Below, piece by piece: positions 45,906 to 56,447 of a DNA stretch of 64,000 nucleotides. The notes beneath the pieces were generated by a model. That model did not search any database. It saw nothing but the letters and a program-made list of their open reading frames with translations, and was not told where the DNA came from. The position numbers and the translations under genes are program-made. The stretch lies in the sequence record NC_021531.1. One strand, written 5' to 3'. Every line of letters starts with the position of its first letter. Positions within the stretch are counted from its first letter, which is position 1.

Positions 45906-46463
45906 ATGAGTAAAATGATACATTTGGATTGTGATGGCGTAATTGCAGATTGGCGTTTGTACATGGAAACGCATCACTTTAAAGAGTTCACTGTGGCGCA
46001 GTTTAACGCGATGGACCCGTGCCGTCGAAGCACAATTTTGCAAGAGGTCTATCGTAAAGACAAAGACCTATTTGCCAAATTACCGACCATCCCAAAAATC
46101 GGTCGACTGATTTACCACCTTAACCGTACGGGTGAACCGTGGGGTATTCTCACCTCGGCCGGCGAAGACCATCCGGATTATAACCATGCGGCTGAGTGTA
46201 AGAAGCAGTGGTTGTTTAACCGCTTCTCTATTCCTCGTCAGAACATCATCGTCACGGAGAGCTCCAGTCAGAAAGCACAATACGCCGATCCGGACTCATT
46301 GCTGATTGATGACTTTGGCCGCAACTGCCGTGAATGGCAAGCAGCAGGTGGGAAAGCGATTTGGGTGCACACTGGCGCACCAAATGTGGACGCTATCATT
46401 GATGCGGTGGATGACTTTATTCATGACCGTGCCATGTTTACCGAATCGTTAATTAGCGTTTGA
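45906..46463 (+). CDS. HAD-superfamily 5'(3')-deoxyribonucleotidase-like phosphatase
   Basis: IHLDCDGVIAD (DxD), ILTS, KKQWL and LLIDDFGRNCREWQAAGG. Confidence 0.85.
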   Translation: MSKMIHLDCDGVIADWRLYMETHHFKEFTVAQFNAMDPCRRSTILQEVYRKDKDLFAKLPTIPKIGRLIYHLNRTGEPWGILTSAGEDHPDYNHAAECKKQWLFNRFSIPRQNIIVTESSSQKAQYADPDSLLIDDFGRNCREWQAAGGKAIWVHTGAPNVDAIIDAVDDFIHDRAMFTESLISV

Positions 46464-46469
46464 TGCTTT

Positions 46470-46502
46470 CGCCTATGCTTCGGCATAGGCGCTATTATTT
46501 TT
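46470..46502 (+). terminator. intrinsic terminator
   Basis: CGCCTATGC-TTCG-GCATAGGCG followed by a T-rich run. Confidence 0.8.
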
Positions 46503-46506
46503 CACA

Positions 46507-46525
46507 AATATATTATCTTTTATGA
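46507..46525 (+). promoter_or_regulatory. putative early promoter
   Basis: AATATATTATCTTTTATGA. Confidence 0.6.
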
Positions 46526-46551
46526 TTACACCCATTAAAACAGGAAAAAGA

Positions 46552-47211
46552 ATGGAGAGTTTACGCAAGCGAATTCTCGAGGACGTGGCTGAATATTATC
46601 TGCACACCGACCCTGCTCATCGCATTGACCATATCGAGAAGACTATGGATAACGCGATGGTCATTCTCGAACGACTTGAGATGTCGCACCAGAAAGCGCT
46701 TATCAAGCGTGTGCTTATCGCCATCGGTTATCACGACGTCTGGTCACAGCGACGTAAATACCACCATGTGGATGCGTATTTAGAGGTGTGTAAATTAACA
46801 CGCCATATCCAGCAACGTTACGACGTCACGCAGGAAGACGTCTGGAGAATCGCCCATGCCTGTCTGGAACATCGCGCGTCGTTCAAAGGCAACTACGACT
46901 CGCTTATCTCGGAAATCACAGCGGCGGCTGACCGCGGCGTTCCGAGCACTGAGGTCGCCCCGCTGTTCTACCGCTCGTATGTCTATGCCCGTGGGATAGG
47001 CAAAGACCGCGAGTTAGCGAAGCTTCACTGTGTCGAGCACATCAAAGAGAAGTTTGGTGATGGTGGGTACGGTGCTGTGCCCGTGTGGTACAATACGTTG
47101 TTTGCTACAGAGTTAGACCAACGCAAAACTCTGATAGCGAATTTTAGTACGCACGATTTAGATGATGCTAAGCTGGATGAATTGGATAAAGCCTACGGAC
47201 TGACATCCTAA
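46552..47211 (+). CDS. HD-domain metal-dependent phosphohydrolase
   Basis: AHRIDHI, GYHDV (HD), LEHRAS and AAADR. Start moved to ATG 46552. Confidence 0.85.
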   Translation: MESLRKRILEDVAEYYLHTDPAHRIDHIEKTMDNAMVILERLEMSHQKALIKRVLIAIGYHDVWSQRRKYHHVDAYLEVCKLTRHIQQRYDVTQEDVWRIAHACLEHRASFKGNYDSLISEITAAADRGVPSTEVAPLFYRSYVYARGIGKDRELAKLHCVEHIKEKFGDGGYGAVPVWYNTLFATELDQRKTLIANFSTHDLDDAKLDELDKAYGLTS

Positions 47212-47222
47212 ATATTTTCAGC

Positions 47223-47240
47223 AATATATTATCTTTGTGA
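47223..47240 (+). promoter_or_regulatory. putative early promoter
   Basis: AATATATTATCTTTGTGA. Confidence 0.65.
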
Positions 47241-47288
47241 ACATTAACGTTAATGTTGTAAACCTAAACTATTATTGTGGAGAAAGAC

Positions 47289-47753
47289 ATGTCTACTAAA
47301 TCTCGTGAAGACCTGATGATTGAGCGCCTGTTCGGTAAACTGGAACTGGACGAAAACAAACAGCTCAAGCAGGAACCTCTGCAGCAGGTCTATGTCGAAG
47401 CGATCGCTGAAGACGACCGTGTCAAACACCTGACGCTGGAAGACATCCAGAACGTCGGTGAGTTCAACCGCGACTTCCTGAGCGCGTTCGGTCAGGTCGG
47501 TTCTGACTTTATTATTGAGCAGGCGAAAGCTGACGACGATCTCGGCGCGATGGACCTGACTGCGGATATCGCAGGCAATCTGTTCAGCGTAACCTTCTCC
47601 CGTCCGACTGGCGACAACCCGACTGAAAACGACTGGGCTGCATCCTTCGGCCTGGGTCTGGGCGTTCCGAAACCGACTGGCTTCGAAGCGTCACTGCGTG
47701 AGAAAACTCGCGCTGCCTTCTTCTCATCCGACGAGGATGAAGACGAAGAGTAA
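47289..47753 (+). CDS. acidic hypothetical protein, probably highly expressed
   Basis: GGAG RBS, strong codon bias, acidic tail SSDEDEDEE. Confidence 0.85.
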   Translation: MSTKSREDLMIERLFGKLELDENKQLKQEPLQQVYVEAIAEDDRVKHLTLEDIQNVGEFNRDFLSAFGQVGSDFIIEQAKADDDLGAMDLTADIAGNLFSVTFSRPTGDNPTENDWAASFGLGLGVPKPTGFEASLREKTRAAFFSSDEDEDEE

Positions 47754-47764
47754 TCCATTCTCAC

Positions 47765-47792
47765 AAGGGGCCTCGTGCCCCTTATTTTTTTG
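47765..47792 (+). terminator. intrinsic terminator
   Basis: AAGGGGC-CTCGT-GCCCCTT followed by ATTTTTTT. Confidence 0.7.
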
Positions 47793-47804
47793 TTAGAGGC
47801 TATC

Positions 47805-48325
47805 ATGTTCAACAATGAAACTAAGCTTACTCTGGAGCAGCGTGATTTCGTCATGCAACGTCTGGAGGCGATACTGACGCCGTTGTATACGCAGATGCGT
47901 ACTGCGATGATTGACGAGTCGTCGTTTGAAGCGCTGGCCCGTGAACCGCAGGATGCCATCTTAACCACCCCGAACGGTTACGAGCGTTTCCTGACCAACC
48001 TGCACAACAACGACCATAAAGGCGGGGTTATCATCTCGGTTATCTCCAACTTTAAATCAATTGCGGTGCTACAGTTTGGCCGTGACGTGCTGGAACAACT
48101 GGAGAAGGATTTGTTCCGCTTTGCGGTCACGGTAGAAGACCTACAGGCCCAACCGGGACTGGCAGCCTTCCCGGGTGCGACTGCTGGGAACGTAGCGCGT
48201 AACAGTTATCAACAGTTTGATGCGCTGGCAACCTACCTGTTCCTCATGTTCCTGAAGTTCTACATCTACGGTCTTCGTATCGACCCGCGGAAAGCGGCAG
48301 AAGTAGAAGACAAAGAGAAAAATAA
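47805..48325 (+). CDS. hypothetical protein (about 173 aa). Probable true stop TAA 48323-48325 is out of frame by one base.
   Basis: GAGG RBS. The track ORF (to 48842) runs through a terminator and antisense into the tail tube gene. Confidence 0.6.
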
Positions 48326-48337
48326 AAGAAAAACCAA

Positions 48338-48372
48338 CCGACCCCCAACGGGGTCGGAAGGCTTCTTTTTTT
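48338..48372. terminator. bidirectional intrinsic terminator
   Basis: CCGACCCC-CAAC-GGGGTCGG, A-rich upstream and T-run downstream. Confidence 0.75.
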
Positions 48373-48380
48373 GTCGCAGA

Positions 48381-49259
48381 TTACATCTGATTGGACATGA
48401 AGTCGTCTGCAACGCTGCGGTAACCACCCAGAGTACCGTCGACATCCGGGTTCGGACCGCCTTCGTACTGTTGGCCTGGAGTAGCCCACATTTTGCGCGT
48501 CATTGGACGCAGGCCGTTGAGCTTCATGCGCTGCAGCTCTTGCTGAGCCGCCTGCATGACACCCCAACCGGTTTGCTGCTGACTAGTGAAGCTGATGGAC
48601 AGCTCGTTCGTCTGCGGACCGGTGTTAGGGTCACGCTCACCGATATCCGGGCCGTTAGATTCCGGAGCCATGTTGGTACACCACCAGGCGTTAACAACTT
48701 TACGTTGGTAAGCATCCGGTTCGAAGTACAACACGGTCATGGAATACATGTCCGGCAGGAAGTCGGGTACGTTAGGGTTGATGGCCGCAATACCCGGGTG
48801 ACCGGTCTGCGGGTCCATGACCCCGTAAATCAGCCATGCTGAGAACATGTTCTGGAAGACCTTGCCGTCTTTATCCACACCGTTGTGGGTGATGGAAGAC
48901 TGCGCTTCGGTAACCAGACCAGCTTCAGATTGCTGACGGTTGTTACGGCCCTGTTGGGTCTGCACGTATTCAGCGGTCAGACCTTTATCAAGACCCGTAA
49001 AGGTGGAGTGCACCTCGATGAAAGCCTTGATAGCCTGACGCCAAACCGCCGGGTTCGGCATGTAGTCGACCCAGCGCGGGTACTCCATCACTCGCGCGAT
49101 GAGGTTACGACGCAGACGGCTGGCGTTCGTTACGAACTTACCAGTCTGGTTCGCCGGGCCCTGCATGCCCGAATCGAACGGACGCACCATCTGGTAGTCG
49201 CCGCCGTCAATGTGCAGCCCGTCAGCAGGGAGAATTAAGCGTTCAGTAAGTCCAGCCAT
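48381..49259 (-). CDS. tail tube protein (phiKZ gp30-like)
   Basis: 292 aa directly downstream of the sheath gene. The beta-rich MTVLYFEPD...AWWCTNMAP...ELSISF pattern is typical of tube proteins. Confidence 0.75.
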   Translation of the reverse strand: MAGLTERLILPADGLHIDGGDYQMVRPFDSGMQGPANQTGKFVTNASRLRRNLIARVMEYPRWVDYMPNPAVWRQAIKAFIEVHSTFTGLDKGLTAEYVQTQQGRNNRQQSEAGLVTEAQSSITHNGVDKDGKVFQNMFSAWLIYGVMDPQTGHPGIAAINPNVPDFLPDMYSMTVLYFEPDAYQRKVVNAWWCTNMAPESNGPDIGERDPNTGPQTNELSISFTSQQQTGWGVMQAAQQELQRMKLNGLRPMTRKMWATPGQQYEGGPNPDVDGTLGGYRSVADDFMSNQM

Positions 49260-49265
49260 ATCTCA

Positions 49266-51305
49266 TTACTCCTGACGATAAACACGGATGGTGGTGTTGA
49301 ACTGAGTCAACAGTGTGCCGCCTTCACAGCGCAGGTCAACAGTCACGGAATTACCGTTGCTGATGTCTTCGTCAGTGAAGCGCGCCGTTGGGATAACGTT
49401 GGCGTTACCATCCAGACGGTTGGCGAGGCGGGCGATGATATTGTTTTCAATATCCTTCGCTGCTTCAGCACGAGTCATCCCGCTCAGACCGGTGGTATCA
49501 GCCCATACGCGGTCCGTTACACGGTACACGTAGGTCATCAGGAAGTTGAACAGCGCGTTGTTCAGCACTGAACGTTCTTCCGGATAGATAGACTGAATCG
49601 CCGGGATGAACACGCGATAGTAGTCGTAGCTGCGGGCAGAGATAAGCGATACATCCCAGTCGGACGCATACACTTCGTTCCCTTTCCACGGCATAGACAC
49701 ATCGGTCACATCTTCGATGATAGTCTTGCTACCACGGTTGAAGCGGTATTCCGGTTTGCAGTAACCGTCTTTCGCACCCATGTACTTCGAGAAGAAGTTC
49801 GCGATTGAGTAAATCAGCGGCACCGCTTCTTTATAGGAGCTGTTACGGATTTTACCGGTTTGACCCATGATGAGACCACGTGCAGCCGGGGTACCGAACT
49901 TGTCGGATTCCGGCACAGCAGACACCATTTCCATCAGCGCAACTTTTGCGGACTCTTCAGCCTGCAGGTCATTACGCCCTTCGTTGTATACATGAGTACA
50001 CAGACCGAGGAAGGTGTTGCGGCTACGACCGATGAAGTTGCAAAGCACTTCTTTGGTTTCGAAGCTGAACCCGGAATCCCAGAAACAGCCCAGCGAATAT
50101 TTCAATTCGTTGTCGTAGCGAACTTTACCGTCTTCCGGGAACAGGGACATTTCACGACGAACGAGTTCGTCGAAGACGTCATTGTTCAGCGTACCGTCGC
50201 TACCGCCGCTCAGATAATGAACGTGCTGGGAGCTGAAAGTCGCTTTACCGGTTACGGTGCCTGGGTTAACGATCAGACCATCATATGGGTTCCCGTTGAG
50301 ATCCAGACCGTTGAAAATGTCAATCAGGTATGGGTCAGCAGGAGCATTGTCGATCAGACCGGCCACTTGCTCAAGCAGTGCTTTCAAGTTGGCATGGTAA
50401 ACGTGGAACTCTTCGAACGGGCCGTAGTCCGGCAGCGCGCCGATTTCCGGAATGGTGTTACGCCATGCCGGGGTCACGACGTTCTCAAAGTCCAGCTCGG
50501 TGGCCATCGGCTCGTAGTAAGCGTTCGGCTTGAAGCTGAAGTTCAGAGTGGACATACCCTTCAAGGTTTTCCAGATAACTGGAGACGATACGCCAGCCAG
50601 CGTTTCGAACCATTGCAGAGTATAAACACGACCACCTACCTTCTGCTGATAAGCTGCAGACAAGGCAGGTGAAGATTTCGCGGTAGGGACGGTCAGCTTG
50701 TAGCCGAAACCGTTCACATCGCTGGATGCATACGGGCCTTTGATATCCCACAGCGGGATAATCATCGACTTCTCACCGCCGGTACCGGTCAGTGTTCCCT
50801 GCATCTGCTTGCCGTTTTTGAACAGGCCGTTGGCGTCATTGATTTCCATGACGCGGAACACGATCTGCATGCCCGGGCGAGTTTCTTTCACCAGCGCCTG
50901 GCCAGTCGAATCGTACTTAATGCTGCCGTCGGTGTTACGCTCGTAAATCTCCACGTCAGTCAGTAAGACTTCCGCGGCCATACGTTGCATAGCGACTTTG
51001 GCATCATCAGGACGGACCACCTGAACCATCATTTCGTTGCCATTGGCATTGAACATGTTCAGAAACGGGGTGTTGAACGTAGCGTACTTACTACGGTAGT
51101 CGACGACATCGCGACCAATCAACGAAAGCAGGTTATCGCCCGAAAGCGGGAATGCTTCGTTATCGACACAACGTCCGCCGAACGTGAAGATCAGCGGCTT
51201 GTGAATCGGGTCGCCGATCGCTTGCCGCACAAGCTCAGGAACGGAGTTATCCTGCCATCCCTGCTTGTTATTCAGCGGCGAGCTGTTTCGTGGGATATAA
51301 GTCAT
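49266..51305 (-). CDS. contractile tail sheath protein (phiKZ gp29-like)
   Basis: 679 aa with HYLSGGSDGT and FWDSGF. Size and position fit. Confidence 0.8.
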   Translation of the reverse strand: MTYIPRNSSPLNNKQGWQDNSVPELVRQAIGDPIHKPLIFTFGGRCVDNEAFPLSGDNLLSLIGRDVVDYRSKYATFNTPFLNMFNANGNEMMVQVVRPDDAKVAMQRMAAEVLLTDVEIYERNTDGSIKYDSTGQALVKETRPGMQIVFRVMEINDANGLFKNGKQMQGTLTGTGGEKSMIIPLWDIKGPYASSDVNGFGYKLTVPTAKSSPALSAAYQQKVGGRVYTLQWFETLAGVSSPVIWKTLKGMSTLNFSFKPNAYYEPMATELDFENVVTPAWRNTIPEIGALPDYGPFEEFHVYHANLKALLEQVAGLIDNAPADPYLIDIFNGLDLNGNPYDGLIVNPGTVTGKATFSSQHVHYLSGGSDGTLNNDVFDELVRREMSLFPEDGKVRYDNELKYSLGCFWDSGFSFETKEVLCNFIGRSRNTFLGLCTHVYNEGRNDLQAEESAKVALMEMVSAVPESDKFGTPAARGLIMGQTGKIRNSSYKEAVPLIYSIANFFSKYMGAKDGYCKPEYRFNRGSKTIIEDVTDVSMPWKGNEVYASDWDVSLISARSYDYYRVFIPAIQSIYPEERSVLNNALFNFLMTYVYRVTDRVWADTTGLSGMTRAEAAKDIENNIIARLANRLDGNANVIPTARFTDEDISNGNSVTVDLRCEGGTLLTQFNTTIRVYRQE

Positions 51306-51364
51306 GGATCAGAGTCTCCATACATTGTTTTGAAAGACCAGATGGTCATACTAAGGATTTTCTC

Positions 51365-52279
51365 ATGGCACTTGAAAACGCATATAAGGGCTTTCATTTC
51401 ACCAGCTTCAATCTTGAAAAGATTAAGGCCGATCTCGATTTAGCCCGTGTTCAGAACCAAACGATCGCAATGTCGGAGCAGATACACTACGTCATTGAGA
51501 CAGCGACGGTCGCCGGATTCCCGTTACCGATTATTCACGATGGAATTGTGTACGTCGATGCACGCCCGTTCACTAAACTGGACCGTGAAGGTAAACTGCA
51601 GATTCGTGACGTGCTTGAGCACGACCTTCGTCTGGATGAAGCGCGGTGGGAGCTGGTCTGGACAAACCCGGCTGTAAACCGCCAATCGCTCATGTCGCAG
51701 TTCCCTTACTACCATGAGATTTTTAGCACGTGGGTGGCAGATGCTATCTCCCATACCTACGGACTAACCCCATATCAAAGTAGCCAGATAAAAGCACTCG
51801 CTGCTTTATTCAGTATTGGCCACTTTTATAATGGTGCGCCGGACGAGTTAACTGCCTACCGCTTGCAAGAGATGGTAGGGAAAGAGCTTTATTTACCGAT
51901 GCAAATTTTTGAGTCGGTAACCGGGCGTACTGAGTTCTTCATCCCGCGTGACGTGGAGGAGTTTGTACAGATGGTGGTTGCGGCTGACGTAACACCGCGT
52001 CTGAAAGACTTCAACGTCTCTGCGTTGTTGCAGAATCTCTCCGGTGCTTTCTTCGGCATTTCGTTTGCCAAACAGCTCACCAGTTCTGCGGTGGAATACC
52101 CACCGAGTCTGTTAGTGATTATGAAAGCATGTCTGGAAAATTCCACTTACAACCGTACCCGTCTGGGGCAGGTCGTGAAACGTTCGAAGGTTACGAAGCA
52201 GCATGACAAATTCGTGCGCTCGTACGAAATCACTTTGAACGAACACACCAAACCTCCGGTGGACTTTAAGGAGTTCTAA
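51365..52279 (+). CDS. virion structural protein (phiKZ gp28-like)
   Basis: Start moved to ATG 51365. Divergent from the sheath, first gene of the gp28-27-26-25-like block. Confidence 0.6.
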   Translation: MALENAYKGFHFTSFNLEKIKADLDLARVQNQTIAMSEQIHYVIETATVAGFPLPIIHDGIVYVDARPFTKLDREGKLQIRDVLEHDLRLDEARWELVWTNPAVNRQSLMSQFPYYHEIFSTWVADAISHTYGLTPYQSSQIKALAALFSIGHFYNGAPDELTAYRLQEMVGKELYLPMQIFESVTGRTEFFIPRDVEEFVQMVVAADVTPRLKDFNVSALLQNLSGAFFGISFAKQLTSSAVEYPPSLLVIMKACLENSTYNRTRLGQVVKRSKVTKQHDKFVRSYEITLNEHTKPPVDFKEF

Positions 52280-54789
52280 TGGATAACTGGCTTGTAGCCC
52301 ATGCGCAGCAATACGCATGGCAACGTCCGGGTGCGGATGGCACGCTGATTATCGCCCCACACAAAATCACGCAGAAGACCGGGGCTATAGGCCATGTCCG
52401 TGACGGACTCTCCGACATCCCCTTACCGGGTTCTGGTTGGTGGCATGCCTACCACCTCGGTAAACTGCACGTGCGGGAAGGTAACCTGAATATCCCTGCG
52501 GGGATTTGGTATAAAGTCTCAACCGTTATCAACGAACTCAACGCCTTTATTCTGGTGTACAATGAGAAAGGGCTGGGGATACCGACCGAAAGCATGTATT
52601 TCTATCGTGACCAGAATGGCGCGGTTCTGCTGGCAATGCCGCAGGGCGGGAAGTACAAGTGGCCGGATACCGAGACCCTGTTCATTAAGTTCTATCCGGG
52701 TTGGGCAGGTGGTGACTTAGCCGCCACTATTCCACCAACCACCACCGAATACATGACCGTGCCGAATTTGCTGGCACGTCAAGCCGTAATCGACCGTATT
52801 GCCAAACTAAAGGCGGAGCGGAAAGGTCACGTCTCGGTGTGGGTGAACGGGGAACTGCGTGATAACCTCAAAGTGGACGACCTTGTTACGTGGGACGATG
52901 TTGAACTGCGTGTTGACGGTCGTGCACGTCGTGTGGTTGATTACAACCTGGGCGATGTGAAGTCGTTTACCTCGACACTCGACAACAAACGTAAATATCT
53001 GCTGCATCTGCCGAAAGGTGATGATAAGTGGACCTTTAACGATGATGTTGAGATTCACGTGTTCTATCAGAACCGGGGACGGTACTACCACCACCATCGC
53101 AGCGAAGCGATTCGTAACCTGACATACAACGACATCAGCATCCCAACCGAACGCGTAAAAGACTTGCGCGTAACGTGGGGTCAGTTGACCAACATCGACG
53201 ACGTCATTGTGCGGGTTATCATTCGCGACGACTACATGGAGCAAAGTGCGCTCTTTAACACCGACCGGCTGTTTGATTTGTATCGCCTTAGCGACGAAGA
53301 CATTGTGGCGGCGATGGTTGGGGCGAACTCCAACGTGGTTGAGTGGCAGGCTGCCAATTTGGAACAGTCCGCCGCTAACCGACTGGCTGCAGCAAAGCCG
53401 CGTAACATTACGCGCCAGCTTTGTACTGACGCCTATGGCTATAACGCAGTCTCCTACTATGCCGCAAATACGCCGCAGAAGTTGGAGCTAAATGAACGGG
53501 GCTGGTTCTGCCGTTTACCGGATTTGTTAGCTCGCCGCTCAACCGTATACGAATATGACGCGTACGGTAAGCTGCTGGGTTCTTATCCGCATAACGACGA
53601 CGCTTACTACTACGCACGTAACCCGACCGCACGGTTGGTTGAAGCGTTAGTGAGCCGACAGAACACAGCGATGGACATCATTGACGATGCGCCGGACTTC
53701 CAAATGGAAGAGGGTCTGAACTACACGTTCTACCTTCAGAAGTTAAAGTCAGGTGCAGTAACGGGCGAATACCTGCCGGCTGAAAAGGGTGTGGACTATA
53801 CCGAAGAGGACGGTCTTGTTAAATGGACTGTAGACCGCACTCGTCGTCGACCGACAGTAATTACCGACCGCTACCATCTCTTTAGTTCGACCACCTTTAA
53901 AGTGGAAGACGGGGAGATTCGTATTGGTGTGACGTCTCGTGGCGCGGACGGCGTTGACCGTCCATTGTTCGTGCCGATGGAAACTGTCGAGGCATGGTTA
54001 AACGGTTACCCGCTGGTACACGGCGTGGACTTTACCGTTCAATGGCCGACAGTCACCGTGGTGAACAAAGTGTTCATCAATGACGGTGAAGTCAATAAGC
54101 TCGAACTACGCGCGCGGGGCGTCACTGGGACCTTGCGAGTTCCAGAACATGGCTTTGTAACAAGTGGCGTGTTGTCTAACAACGACCGCTACGATGTCCG
54201 TGAGGACAAAGTGGTTCGCATTGTTGCCGGTGGGCGGCTGATGCACCGTGACGACGTTGTCTTTCGCGAAGACAGCGCATTGGGCGTGGCGACGATTCCT
54301 GATGGGGTTCCTTACTCCATTGACGACCCGACCGTCCCGTTACGGACATTGGTAGAAGGGGACACGTACTCCTTGAGAGATAAAGCGCGAGACATGGATA
54401 ATCGTATTGAAGATTACCTGTCCACGTGGTTCCCAACTCCGCCCCCGGCTGCGATTGTGCCACTCCCTACGTGGTATCACTTGTACAGCCCTGTCCTTAA
54501 TAAGGTCATGTGGGATATCCAGATGGGTCGTTTGACTGTCGTGGAAGATGACGAAACTAACCGCATCTCTACCACGCAGTTGGACGAAATCATGGTAGCC
54601 TACGACGACCTGTTAGCGTTCGACCCCGCATTCATCGGGTTTGACCGGCGCTTCGTTCGTGTGCATCCACACCTGCAGTACAAAACTGTAGAGGTTGCCG
54701 AGTTGACGTACGCCCTACTCGACCGCATTAATGCGCGTTATCTCAATAACGCGGTAACGCTCAATCAGTATCTGAAAATTAAGGGTTGA
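52279..54789 (+). CDS. virion baseplate/tail protein (phiKZ gp27-like)
   Basis: 836 aa, TAATG overlap, synteny. Confidence 0.65.
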   Translation: MDNWLVAHAQQYAWQRPGADGTLIIAPHKITQKTGAIGHVRDGLSDIPLPGSGWWHAYHLGKLHVREGNLNIPAGIWYKVSTVINELNAFILVYNEKGLGIPTESMYFYRDQNGAVLLAMPQGGKYKWPDTETLFIKFYPGWAGGDLAATIPPTTTEYMTVPNLLARQAVIDRIAKLKAERKGHVSVWVNGELRDNLKVDDLVTWDDVELRVDGRARRVVDYNLGDVKSFTSTLDNKRKYLLHLPKGDDKWTFNDDVEIHVFYQNRGRYYHHHRSEAIRNLTYNDISIPTERVKDLRVTWGQLTNIDDVIVRVIIRDDYMEQSALFNTDRLFDLYRLSDEDIVAAMVGANSNVVEWQAANLEQSAANRLAAAKPRNITRQLCTDAYGYNAVSYYAANTPQKLELNERGWFCRLPDLLARRSTVYEYDAYGKLLGSYPHNDDAYYYARNPTARLVEALVSRQNTAMDIIDDAPDFQMEEGLNYTFYLQKLKSGAVTGEYLPAEKGVDYTEEDGLVKWTVDRTRRRPTVITDRYHLFSSTTFKVEDGEIRIGVTSRGADGVDRPLFVPMETVEAWLNGYPLVHGVDFTVQWPTVTVVNKVFINDGEVNKLELRARGVTGTLRVPEHGFVTSGVLSNNDRYDVREDKVVRIVAGGRLMHRDDVVFREDSALGVATIPDGVPYSIDDPTVPLRTLVEGDTYSLRDKARDMDNRIEDYLSTWFPTPPPAAIVPLPTWYHLYSPVLNKVMWDIQMGRLTVVEDDETNRISTTQLDEIMVAYDDLLAFDPAFIGFDRRFVRVHPHLQYKTVEVAELTYALLDRINARYLNNAVTLNQYLKIKG

Positions 54790-54791
54790 CA

Positions 54792-56438
54792 ATGGCGACG
54801 ACTATTACAACCGGCATCGTGGATAAAGACCGCGGGTTACGACTCTGGGACCCGTCGGAGCTTTACAACAAAGAAACGGGGACAGGCTTTGTCCCCAACG
54901 GCGGTGACCTGGTCAAAAACAACACGTATCGCATGTTGTTCGAAATCTACGACGTTGATTACACCAACTTTACGTGGAAGACGAAACCGTACGGTAACGT
55001 GCAGGTGTACAACGACAGTGAACGCTTAGGCGGCCACTACCCGTTGAAATCGGATAAGTACCGCATCTACGTGGATAGCTCTAAACACCCAGCGACCATG
55101 GACTTCCATGACCATCTGACCTTTAACGGTCCAGATGTGTTGGGTGTGCGTGTATTCCGCGGTATCGATATCGATGATAATGCGGAAGTGCTGTCGGGCT
55201 TCTACAAAAACGGGAAGTTGGACGAAACGTTGCTGCCGGTACGTCCGGTGCGTAACGAAGGGGAAGACACGCAGGTTAACACGGCGCTACCGGGTTACTG
55301 TGTGGCGGAAGTCGAAGATGGGGAACTGGTGACGTTTGTGGCTTACGCCGATAACAACCGTGTCATTTTGACCGGTGTGGCGAAAATCATCAAAACGAAT
55401 CTGGTGATGGCGGCAGAAACGCCGGCCCGTACAATCGTGGATGTGAAACTCGAATCGCCGTTCATTCTGGATACGGACTCTCGAGTGCTGACCCTCCCGA
55501 TTAACCTGCCTATCGAAGACATTCCGATGAATGCCCTGATTATCTACACAGATGGTCAGAAGCGTTTACCGATTGACGGTAGCCGTGTTACGTTAAACGG
55601 TCTGCGTAATGCAGGCAGTCACGACACCTACTACATCGCGTCGAACGCAGGGCAGGAACTTCCTCTGGTGTTCAGTTACCGTATGGCGAAGGGAGAGACG
55701 TATGCGGGAGAAGGCTACATCAATGGCGCGATTGTCCGCGATTATAAAGCGGCGACGGAAGCAGTCGACGGCGGTTACTCGCTGAAGCTGTACGCTGTAC
55801 CGATGTGGTTGGATGAGAACCGCGGTTACCGTATCGCGTTCTTCCTGTACAACTTGACACGCGGACAGGTGTATGACGCCTCTGCGTTTGTTGAGTATAC
55901 GGCCAACACCGTCTTTGACCCGTTACTTTACGGGGTTAAGCAACGCCTGAATGTGCAGGTCGACGTCAGTAAGGTCAACCCGACTTACCGCGCGTTTGTC
56001 CATGCGCAGTCATTCCACATCACGCTCATTAATCCGGGCAGTGAACTCAACACGAACTTCTATCTGGAGTACGTGCAGGATGGTAACCGTTACGGCGAAG
56101 GCGTATTTGCGAAATTCAAATACTCCAACGTCTCGTACTCGGATATCGACCTGAAGTGTGGGGCGACCTCGCAGGCTGAATGGATTGCCAAGCTGTATGG
56201 GAACAGCTATCCGCTTTATGACCGCCGTACCGAAGGTGCTGCGCCTGAACCGACTCACTTCGAATTGCATGTGGGCGGTCAGGTACAGACTTACGCGGTG
56301 GGTGAATGGCTCAACAAGTTGACCGTTCCGTACAAAGTGCCTGAAGGTGGCACTGTTGTCATTCGTTGGTTGGCACGTACGCCGACTGACACCTTGCAGT
56401 TAGGTCTGTCTCCAATGCTTGCTCATTTAACAACGTAA
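54792..56438 (+). CDS. virion structural protein (phiKZ gp26-like)
   Basis: 548 aa, beta-rich, precedes the terminase. Confidence 0.6.
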   Translation: MATTITTGIVDKDRGLRLWDPSELYNKETGTGFVPNGGDLVKNNTYRMLFEIYDVDYTNFTWKTKPYGNVQVYNDSERLGGHYPLKSDKYRIYVDSSKHPATMDFHDHLTFNGPDVLGVRVFRGIDIDDNAEVLSGFYKNGKLDETLLPVRPVRNEGEDTQVNTALPGYCVAEVEDGELVTFVAYADNNRVILTGVAKIIKTNLVMAAETPARTIVDVKLESPFILDTDSRVLTLPINLPIEDIPMNALIIYTDGQKRLPIDGSRVTLNGLRNAGSHDTYYIASNAGQELPLVFSYRMAKGETYAGEGYINGAIVRDYKAATEAVDGGYSLKLYAVPMWLDENRGYRIAFFLYNLTRGQVYDASAFVEYTANTVFDPLLYGVKQRLNVQVDVSKVNPTYRAFVHAQSFHITLINPGSELNTNFYLEYVQDGNRYGEGVFAKFKYSNVSYSDIDLKCGATSQAEWIAKLYGNSYPLYDRRTEGAAPEPTHFELHVGGQVQTYAVGEWLNKLTVPYKVPEGGTVVIRWLARTPTDTLQLGLSPMLAHLTT

Positions 56439-56447
56439 TCTCGCTAA

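Noticed and set aside
48326-48842. C-terminal extension of the 355-aa track ORF
   Set aside because: It is antisense to the tail tube gene beyond a terminator, for the same reason.
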